Both the position numbers and the translations under genes were made by a program. The notes beneath the pieces were generated by a model. The model ran no database searches. It had not been told where the DNA came from and saw only the letters and a program-made list of their open reading frames with translations. This document shows, one piece after another, positions 18,801 to 23,223 of a stretch of 28,839 nucleotides of DNA. Numbering within the stretch: position 1 is the first letter of the stretch; each line of letters starts with the position of its first letter. Origin of the DNA: an uncultured archaeon (GTDB lineage Archaea; Asgardarchaeota; Heimdallarchaeia; Heimdallarchaeales; Heimdallarchaeaceae); the NCBI GenBank assembly GCA_964534625.1, contig CAZHRF010000040.1, positions 1 through 28,839 of the forward strand. Direction: 5' to 3'.

Positions 18801-19331
18801 TTATATTTGAATAAAAATCAAGCTATTTCCGATATTAGTGGTATTGAAAAGAAGAAAATAGATTATTACTTAGCATCTTTCAGTGAGGATAATCTAGTTC
18901 AAGGAAAGAATGACGAGGTTTCTTTAACTACTTCCATTCCTGGATTTTCAAGAGATTATTTACAACAACTAAAAGATCGAGAGTTCAGAACAGTTCAAGA
19001 TTTAATTGTACCAACAGAAACACAATCTAATAGTAAATACTATAAAGATGATAGAATGAAGGATCTATTAAAAACATACAAGTCTAACATCTCTTTATTA
19101 AATGTGAATGCAAAAGATTTGAAGAGTATAAAATCTCTTGGTATCCAAACCATCCAAGAATTCATTCTTTATCCTACTTCAGAACTCGAGAGGATCATTT
19201 CTTTAGATGTTAAAGAAATCAGAGATATAAAGAGAAAAATACCCATAAAAACGAAGAAGACTTCCACAAAGAAAACTTCAACTAAAAAGAAGACTTCCAC
19301 AAAGAAAACTTCCAAAGGAGGTTCTAAATAA
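6897..19331 (+). CDS. top6B: Giant DNA topoisomerase VI subunit B with a ~3,550-aa C-terminal tandem HhH-like array
   Basis: GHKL motifs ELVENGLDA, DNGIG, QTRGRFGLG, PGTEI; H2TH (LTEFLSTHFMGV...); transducer (AYSGHPFIVEAAVGYGG, YRYANRIPLIF, WNEYGL, STKIPFPETSKEYI, LQQLGRRLKTYL). One uninterrupted ORF. The ORF track starts at GTG 6864; GTG 6897 has the SD and is preferred. Confidence 0.95.
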   Translation: MSNSETKTKKMSAAAFFNDNRAIAGFGNSMRAVFTSIRELVENGLDAAENRGINPKITVELRRLSSDEIKELLDIREHQKLEKHIDFLQLTCRDNGIGVSGNQIADLFGRVLTGTKYGVIQTRGRFGLGAKMCLLYSMSSVDLPAKITSRYFMNDITHEVHLMINLEKNEPIIMEQKEYLEGHPKYLNEPGTEIQISFTGAWNLAKNSIKEYFRQLAIITPYASFEIKLPSDDDNQEFDVLEYDYVVEDMPPHPKVVKIHPYGCDITQFKAELSGTDAKTLTEFLSTHFMGVNERVAEGFFHLLEIDPNKNPNDLSTNEIRRIVHEGFVKAYQEAKDVKRKRDRIFQFDAPKGDALSPLGANRLKKGLEKELEPVFVEAISRPPKAYSGHPFIVEAAVGYGGGVNKAAQSRSSYSSDNKIIYRYANRIPLIFGAGNDVITKVVNSIKWNEYGLTRQSDPLSIAVSVVSTKIPFPETSKEYISSTPELEEEIRLALQQLGRRLKTYLGRAKRKRRENVRLSRFVKSAPVVIENLVRILDDEKITFTDLKQEIMITSAALAHGTQKKVKLFKPLGTDIFQANIWCSEDIQEKLHNNSISSIGRFLYTDGSVLSKLIDVSQVDISDIKRRTIYEFDKAEMSPPLFNRYLIPRQIEKRFKKKKSDKSKSLKESLYKRWIQNSYHYLATSEVKLGRVNGLLERLLETKKNELLERHIENKSQHIEQHKDKPIQKGTLDNYLKREEKDEMKEKTKIPDDIESLDKLSVKHIFPSFEWLKENTESIQPNQTLEEFIFDIKRPNSTRYYEDLTKSIIDHIVKVFTQLSEKFPEFEKIIVTKMSPDWMDGYTKNAFHRRNIETVSDFINFPLEDLIEIREMERSLYADYISYLGNQQSISLTELGISDKEEELSKEIKMVYSFLKKNNIHTLAKFLSLPIISVYEKRFDKLALFLLDESKVRILDYIKKKEERYDLSHIKMIPRDLEIALRKNQIFTTTEFLSTSITTLRDDLNFTKKEVIRIKNLIGTELPNWIENKTLLSKLGINSLEEIFYSSPEKYDLEAEDKKDYLKNLKVLRTPIVFALPELRPEAYFLKKVGINCVGRFLIWPNIDLAEILETSVENILKLKEKIDPTTFQQNIDNFGKDLSIIKHLYPRLYKYFEGHNISLQELFYLYPTEKLPLDENSWERISHLNYLAQKDILEIVNHINISSRKKSQLRQALLHLKGRNYLTIRSLLDTHPDVLRKELPRKSIRKPVLEIYSKLKSPKASKEEFTNDILLVGEYDDFLQSFALPTLRINGLDIHDCDNLMLNGIVSIQQMFDYNTVKLSDITGRTQKEIQDILSEIQITKKWAPFFTRKGRTGYESLIFFDFEESERFSSDEIESLINCGYSSVDELFYLTNKLTFSSPVVKWEVIHKFKQLLRSPLTLVSWEEKIVKKITNEETGEEEEVEDTKHITLSTPQLNTLREENITRIIDLLFTKSDRIAKILNIGVEKASKLQRNVRISDTGINLADFSIFKPEIIKQLENINIVTIEDLYFSTAQDKWKLDNIPWSIIETFKKILNLPLINLKDMLDAEIIDSLTKANISTLLGFLLSSPKHLMQKTGIPDERFENIRSGLDLSELYKYFSLPIYYLPEVSFDLTEELHENEITHIIDFIDKNSSVLGRIINSGEKRVEIGDLKDSLTVNKIFGRYEELGIFAFETKLFDKNEQRKLSRDSIFMFEGLQTIQEIYYLVEKSYYQLNLDLWNKISAIKNIMGLPLRMFSEISDYSMEILKNNNITLVYQLLFIPDGDITEDELLYDNVSTYSSTLIDFRSFHYFGHIPARVYNAEFLKDYVENFEDVALLDAITSKKLIDHFANKERQFIIEKVNINLIRSLLELPLQVSPFIEQISTEMKPELSTTKIGELFTDQYDEFSAIAKIREQLKEYNAFNVLIRDISFPVVNLGLEGDAALKLSKASINTLIEFYSTPIKTLADIADVSQKYIRETKEQMIYSELVSIHEERSHPINESSIISQEQINKLNEIGINSIERFYFSSQLIGVADILSLEDYKLVKEILSGSLRFISFLSFEEYQRLEEHNMNSIIDLSLLTKQKLFTITNNMIYQEFHILDLISFDEIAIKREKTAIPLTACPSIKEDYLEKITNIGIHSIQDFISRMDEIRESHPNLVNLNIFKEVELFNSSIAFLPLPIKDKNKLLYSGLGDILTFVTEDPSTISLILDSSEKQIKKIKNKISVDTLKKQIENNGIILDNFNLLTPNKTRSLLRSGKKTVQDLYAAYYQAGVVTDVSETYLESFIKDCESSIYCIDELEFTVKTLLAKNDILRVIDLINSDISNILKECIPESHKTLMEAKQGTITLNKGNNITIDEEYINQLKTFKLELENLTVESIYAFIPQYLKEYSETIQIEKIKEITLLSKLISTLSKSILAIDEFSLKTKTELWALGIRNIIEIFVLPHEKLLNIEFSARKEVREFVNTISINKLLSIILPSNLSHTNAEIQNKLQSYNINNHLELFNFIPHTLLYLEEELYSFIKHVSAHLLYPIIWVKPILELEHHMIKSIVENGGGNILSALSLLSFGDNWDNTLYEKKKEQLIKSIYSTLDEVKPPKWTIKIADTCLLDNYNLGNKKTKINEFYISELFTFSSLFQQDISLAEEVQKIVTNLETIPISFVDDLTKEQCRTLLELNFSNLSLFLFYPVPLLSKILDVSEEKISQIKKNINLKDLNSRNKKFGIDIALLDSISETTKNKLKTTGFESIYQLISVDLNTVDLSKEEREKVEKSFSILYTPMILAAKRFNIKDKEIKRLHAQSLYTYYDLLNLPILEWKKLLKPLFDSADKDNKQFIKELELASKDGMDIIKLDLPKRSTEQLQNIGLDTIEHFCYAPVEYIADRTYLQEDAVTELKSKLFKSLAFLQELSPQTIIYAYNQKIYTVIDLVNHYHDLPEKIQKEVEPAIESIRDVNILCFKEDKKDVEQRLISAGYQSYKDVLCDPQILQKKEVYSSIAPYLLANIRFLNIDKKTESKLRENGFHTIADLIILSPSFVGKNARIKIADITKLVSTINIADIQKNIEQEQNKHFTDLEFVSNKNQETLKSMGIYSYEDLRNIRDYPWLYNTKELEKVTVQIEKILKVSILNCPQIYALSIVDIEQMFYSNNVYKLKDLLISTTSVNRDELDDFIQNIDVFQEKKEEKYIQMNIFLQDISPSDLFTKDVDITGEYLIDLISTIFENTATLSEKGKFLHKILKTPITIITKLDQHQISKLKENNIQVIADLFVKPAEYIQNILSKKLSKHIETMLPKLDMTTLQKYFEKRVKTTDLVFLSEKVLEEVTNEFDIIDQLYLAINSDKSPFNKSVTTNIMKKLDESLLLVKIPKLTIDNWIKLHETIPTVKDFLMSHPHRLADVCGLDEQAILSLQKSITDGQFIRAPRISKNKIFTGTCVLRLKEEGIIDYPSLFSFASNNSNLTIKLKHQINFVTGYDLNEFDRYNLSLTLKDLIFLSYHIDELTDTDKKLNELKEMIDVFLSDGKGLEEIFPELDEKQLEEIGYYTIEFLLILHENNTEIFEEILNLFDDNISTLILNLIDDLSRHPILLKGPGWDNIKLFEDRPYSSIKELFFIPSTELRELDNSLYLNFRKINPSFLEELKDELVTISLLSFDEQTISHLERYELKFIEEALIYNIQSNSQTSKLWQYSEEIRRIMYMNPLQLPKVVQNEIIANEVDEKHLKTIYDFIVFCKQNDNKQIQKQFSSILQDLNPESINKFEEQERERFNSFIKDGNLINQLKENNIDSIGLLTPLINSKLPDTLTDEIRNLISTLTAPVGLIVTHSTIESKLSKQGVAQVFDFTQPPNNDKFLDVYLTDTQKQRVLSKLENLTYPKLWEELEDRSTRLEKCLFLKKEYLDALRRVGYTHIYHLNLPAGLISTYTNLNKSEVQEITDILSSPIYLLNDLFIGHPQAIMKLYKQGMLTLKDLYLNKNQAISDISGIEKKKIDYYLASFSEDNLVQGKNDEVSLTTSIPGFSRDYLQQLKDREFRTVQDLIVPTETQSNSKYYKDDRMKDLLKTYKSNISLLNVNAKDLKSIKSLGIQTIQEFILYPTSELERIISLDVKEIRDIKRKIPIKTKKTSTKKTSTKKKTSTKKTSKGGSK
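8640..19245 (+). repeat. Protein-level tandem array of ~50-57 degenerate alpha-CTD/RadA-N-like helix-hairpin-helix units (~60-65 aa each)
   Basis: Recurring pattern L..P[IL]..L......L...[GN]I.[TS]I.[DE][LF], e.g. KLGINSLEEIF, NEIGINSIERF, NIGIHSIQDF, DIIKLDLPKRSTEQLQNIGLDTIEHF, RENGFHTIADL, KQGMLTLKDL, SLGIQTIQEF. The count is by eye; no nucleotide-level identity between units is apparent. Confidence 0.8.
19254..19312 (+). repeat. Direct repeat (26 bp x2, 33-bp period) encoding a Lys/Thr/Ser-rich basic tail
   Basis: AAGAAGACTTCCACAAAGAAAACTTC at 19254-19279 and 19287-19312; the tail reads KTKKTSTKKTSTKKKTSTKKTSK. Confidence 0.9.
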
Positions 19332-20743
19332 TGGTTCAACAAGATTTTCTTATCAGAAATTCAACTACTTTACCTGCAGATGAAAAAACCCAAGCATTTG
19401 ATCGCGATATTTATGTTGCTGAAATCTATGAATGGGTAGAACACGCATATGATTTATCAAGAGACAAATTTGTTCTATTCTTACGTAGTGGAAAAAAATG
19501 GTTTTTATTGAATTCAAGAAAGAAGCTCACATCTTATGACCTTAAGAGAGAACGTATGCGTATTGACATTCGGCGTAGTGTTTCATTAGATAAACTCAAA
19601 AAATTACAAAAAGAATTGCTCGAAACAAAAAAAGACGAATATAGTATGCCTTATGGAGTAACCAATGTAGATATGACTACTGCACTCGAAACTAATAGCC
19701 GTTTAGTGAAGGCTGCTTGGGACTTTTTGTACGGAGCAATGAATTATCCTCGTGATGTGAGTTTTAGAATCCCATCTAGAAGTGGATCCAATATCGGATT
19801 TGATGAAGAACAAGAGTTAGTCTTGATTGGCCGCCAAACAATAGATAGACAGTTCCGCAACCTTTCGTCAGTCAGCTCTGTCGAACAAATGACAATTGCC
19901 ATGCGCTTAGTTCATGACCTTTTGTCAAGAGATATTCACTCAACTAAAAGAGATTTGTTTTATATGGATGTAAATGCTTTTGATAAACAGTCAGTTTCTG
20001 ATGCCTTAATTGAAGATTTAGGGGCGATGTTACAAGTTAGTCGTTCTTCACTGAATATTAGTGCATCATCTAAAGGTATTGTTGTGGGTCGCATCTCCTT
20101 TGAGGAGAAAGGTGATCTTATTGATTGTAGAAAAATGGGATCAGGAAAAGCCATAGCACCCAATATTGATGATATTAATAAACTGGAAAGTGACGCAGAA
20201 TTTTGTCTTGTTATTGAAAAAGATGCTATTTTTAATCGTTTGGCTGAAGACCACTTTTATGATTATGTCCCAAGTGTTTTAGTGACAGCCAAGGGACAAC
20301 CAGACATGGCGACCAGACAATTTCTAAAAAAGATAGATGATGAGTTGAATCTTCCTATCCTTGCGATAATGGACGCAGACCCGTATGGGTTTGAGATAAT
20401 GAGAGTATATAGTGTTGGAAGTAAATCGTTAAGCTTTGAATCTACTCATTTAGCTGTCCCAAATATTAAATGGTTGGGGTTGCTGCCTAGTGATTTGCTT
20501 CCAGAGAATGGTTTTGATATACCCAAATCAGCTTTAATTAAATTAACCCAAAAAGATATCAGAAGATCTAAATTGATGTTAGAAGAAGAATTTGTAAAAA
20601 GAAAACCAAAATGGGAAGAACAATTACAATTGCTAATAAATAGTGGATATAAAGCTGAAATACAAGCACTTAACGCAAGAGATCCTCAATTTATAACGAA
20701 TTTTTATCTGCCTGAAAAAATAGAAACAGGTGATTTCATATAA
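19331..20743 (+). CDS. top6A: DNA topoisomerase VI subunit A (Spo11 family) with an N-terminal extension
   Basis: STKRDLFY (catalytic Tyr codon 19961-19963); TOPRIM VIEKDAIF, TAKGQPD, DADPYG; KWLGLLPSDL; KAEIQAL. TAATG stop/start overlap with top6B and GGAGG SD at 19317-19321. Confidence 0.97.
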   Translation: MVQQDFLIRNSTTLPADEKTQAFDRDIYVAEIYEWVEHAYDLSRDKFVLFLRSGKKWFLLNSRKKLTSYDLKRERMRIDIRRSVSLDKLKKLQKELLETKKDEYSMPYGVTNVDMTTALETNSRLVKAAWDFLYGAMNYPRDVSFRIPSRSGSNIGFDEEQELVLIGRQTIDRQFRNLSSVSSVEQMTIAMRLVHDLLSRDIHSTKRDLFYMDVNAFDKQSVSDALIEDLGAMLQVSRSSLNISASSKGIVVGRISFEEKGDLIDCRKMGSGKAIAPNIDDINKLESDAEFCLVIEKDAIFNRLAEDHFYDYVPSVLVTAKGQPDMATRQFLKKIDDELNLPILAIMDADPYGFEIMRVYSVGSKSLSFESTHLAVPNIKWLGLLPSDLLPENGFDIPKSALIKLTQKDIRRSKLMLEEEFVKRKPKWEEQLQLLINSGYKAEIQALNARDPQFITNFYLPEKIETGDFI

Positions 20744-20815
20744 AAAAATTATCTGTTTTGGGTTTACCAAATTTTTTTAATAGTTAAGTGAGAAGTAATT
20801 GAGTGATGAATACAG

Positions 20816-22615
20816 ATGATGAAGAAGAAGAGTGATAAAGGAATATTATTTCTATACATGGGAATACTTGGTTTAATATGCCTTAGAATCATCTTTTCCC
20901 TATTTTCCTCTCTGAAAGAGGGAACAATTGATTCATCTATACTAAATATTAATGCACGTTTGTATTCGAGCTTATTAACAATTATTATTGCTATTTTATT
21001 TGGACCAATAGTAGGTTGGTATATACAAAGATCTTCCTTCTTAAAGGAGAATGAAATAAATGATCAGTTAATATTCAATGTCATTAAACATTTGGGACCA
21101 ATTATGGTATTGGCAATCATTATATCTATTAGTGTGTTTTCTTCGTCACTTCAACAATATACTTGGGTATTATTAATATCTGTGAGTTTGATTGAAACGA
21201 TCCAGTTCTGGTTTCTCTCAATACTATTTGGAATTATTGGATTTAATGTATTGGAAACCTATTTAGGGCCAATATTTTATGGATACATTCTTCAACCCTC
21301 AAAAAACAGTTTAGGAATATCCTTGATTAAACATCAATTTAACCAGTTATCTTCTGATACATTTAAACCAGTTTTACTCTTGTTATCTTTATTGATTGCT
21401 GTTGCAAATTTAGTTGTCTTACTTATTTATCCTTCAATTCCTTCTGAAAACCTAGAATATCTTTTCTTTGCTATTCCGAATTTTAATTATAAATTTACAC
21501 CCTCTGATGCATTTAAACAGGAATTATTCAAGCTTGTTTATATCAACCCTAGATGGTATCTCAATTATAAAATCGTACAATCTTTAATGAGTATCCTCCT
21601 CTTTAGCTTTATGGCTTTAATGATTTACATTAAAAACAAGAGAGAAGTACAGAAAGATTCAAATCTTCTAACTGCAAAAAGAGAAAAAGATATGGGCGAT
21701 GTTATCTATAACATATTAGCTCCGGTAAAAAGAGAGTTATATCAACCTCAATCAAAAATAAAAAAAGATAACAAGAACAAGATCAAAAGGTTCTTGGAAG
21801 ATGTAAAGGAGAGCACCTTACTTTCCGTCATCAAGCTTTGTTTAATCAATACAGCTATTTCTTATGTTATAATCGTAATAGGACTGCTTTTAGGCTTTCC
21901 AGTGCAGATTATAGGAAATCTTGGAGACAGACAAATTTCTTTTCTGAATTTATCACTCTTAGTTTGGGCAGGTTTTTCTGAAGAAGTTACTTTTCGGTTT
22001 TTACTCTTTGGACTGCCTCTCTTCATGATAAAAGCGATCCCCTATGCTTTTAGGAGATGGATAATTAACTCATCAGAATTTGACAATAATTTGAAAAACG
22101 ATCCAAAGGTTCAAGATGACCAAGAAAATATCCAAAAAATGGATATAACCCCCTTTCAAGAGAAAAGAAGAAATTCTGTTAATCCACTTCTTTATCTTAC
22201 AGGTGGGTGGAAAAAACTTGGGATCATCGATTTGTTTTTCTTGTTAGTCTCATCATTCTTATTTGGTTTTGTTCATTATCAAGTAGGAACATGGTTACCT
22301 TGGAAAATCGTTCAAACAGCTTTTGGAGGACTAATTATGGGAATAGCATTTTACAAATATGGTCTTCATGCTGCAATCTTTGTTCATGTAGTGAATAATT
22401 TTGTTATAGGATTAATCACAACCTTGAATTATGGTCTAATAACCATTGGTATTTTAAGTTTGATTATAATCATCTTTCTAGGGCTCCTTTATTCTTTAAT
22501 CGTTTTTAATGGATTTATATCAAACTATTTTCTAAAGATATATACAAAAATCACAAATCACGATTTAGAAATCCGCAATATTAACACTCTAACTTCTTCA
22601 AAGGAGGATAAGTAA
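20816..22615 (+). CDS. Multi-pass membrane protein with a C-terminal CPBP (Rce1/Abi, CAAX protease-like) intramembrane glutamic endopeptidase domain
   Basis: EExxxR (FSEEVTFR), FxxxH (FGFVH) and HxxxN (VHVVNN) motifs; many hydrophobic segments, including an extra N-terminal multi-TM region. Confidence 0.85.
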   Translation: MMKKKSDKGILFLYMGILGLICLRIIFSLFSSLKEGTIDSSILNINARLYSSLLTIIIAILFGPIVGWYIQRSSFLKENEINDQLIFNVIKHLGPIMVLAIIISISVFSSSLQQYTWVLLISVSLIETIQFWFLSILFGIIGFNVLETYLGPIFYGYILQPSKNSLGISLIKHQFNQLSSDTFKPVLLLLSLLIAVANLVVLLIYPSIPSENLEYLFFAIPNFNYKFTPSDAFKQELFKLVYINPRWYLNYKIVQSLMSILLFSFMALMIYIKNKREVQKDSNLLTAKREKDMGDVIYNILAPVKRELYQPQSKIKKDNKNKIKRFLEDVKESTLLSVIKLCLINTAISYVIIVIGLLLGFPVQIIGNLGDRQISFLNLSLLVWAGFSEEVTFRFLLFGLPLFMIKAIPYAFRRWIINSSEFDNNLKNDPKVQDDQENIQKMDITPFQEKRRNSVNPLLYLTGGWKKLGIIDLFFLLVSSFLFGFVHYQVGTWLPWKIVQTAFGGLIMGIAFYKYGLHAAIFVHVVNNFVIGLITTLNYGLITIGILSLIIIIFLGLLYSLIVFNGFISNYFLKIYTKITNHDLEIRNINTLTSSKEDK

Positions 22616-23199
22616 TGAGCCATAGAAAAAGACAATTCCTTAAGGTTATTTTAGCGGGGGAAGCAGGTGTTGGTAAAACAAGTCTGAGAAGGGCTTATCT
22701 TGGAGAAAGTTTCGTTAAACAACACCTATCCACAATAGGAGCTGATTTTTCAAGCATGAAAAAACACATAAATGATAAAATAGTAAATTTTCAAATTTGG
22801 GATTTAGCAGGGCAAGAATTCTTTGAAAATGTCCGCATGATGTATTATCGAGGAGCATTGGGTGCCTTATGTGTTTGGGATGTTACTGAAATTGAAAGTT
22901 TGGTAGATTTAGAGAGATGGATTAATGAATTAGAAAAGAATACTGGGCGAGGAATTGTTCCCTTCATAATTTTAGGCAATAAAATTGATCTTTTAGATGA
23001 TAATGAAAAGGAATTAATCAGAGAAAAAGCAAAAGATTTTGTTGATAAATACAACAAAAAATTCAATAATAAAGGTTTTAAGGTCGATTTTTATGAAACA
23101 TCAGCTAAAACAGGAGAAAATGTAGATAAAGCATTTGAAGATTTAGGTGAAAAAATTATTGAATATATAGAATTCAGAAGAAAAATGAGAAATAAATGA
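22615..23199 (+). CDS. Rab-like small GTPase (Ras superfamily)
   Basis: G1 GEAGVGKTS, G2 STIG, G3 WDLAGQE, G4 GNKID, G5 ETSAK; RabF-like IGADF, FQIW, YYRGA, CVWDVT. TAATG overlap with the upstream gene and a GGAGG SD. Confidence 0.95.
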   Translation: MSHRKRQFLKVILAGEAGVGKTSLRRAYLGESFVKQHLSTIGADFSSMKKHINDKIVNFQIWDLAGQEFFENVRMMYYRGALGALCVWDVTEIESLVDLERWINELEKNTGRGIVPFIILGNKIDLLDDNEKELIREKAKDFVDKYNKKFNNKGFKVDFYETSAKTGENVDKAFEDLGEKIIEYIEFRRKMRNK

Positions 23200-23223
23200 G
23201 GAGTAAAATACGGAGATAAAACA

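Noticed and set aside
8500-19331. Intein or mobile element as the cause of Top6B's length
   Set aside because: The core motifs are contiguous, no splice-junction or homing-endonuclease motifs were seen, and the extra length is a C-terminal repeat array.
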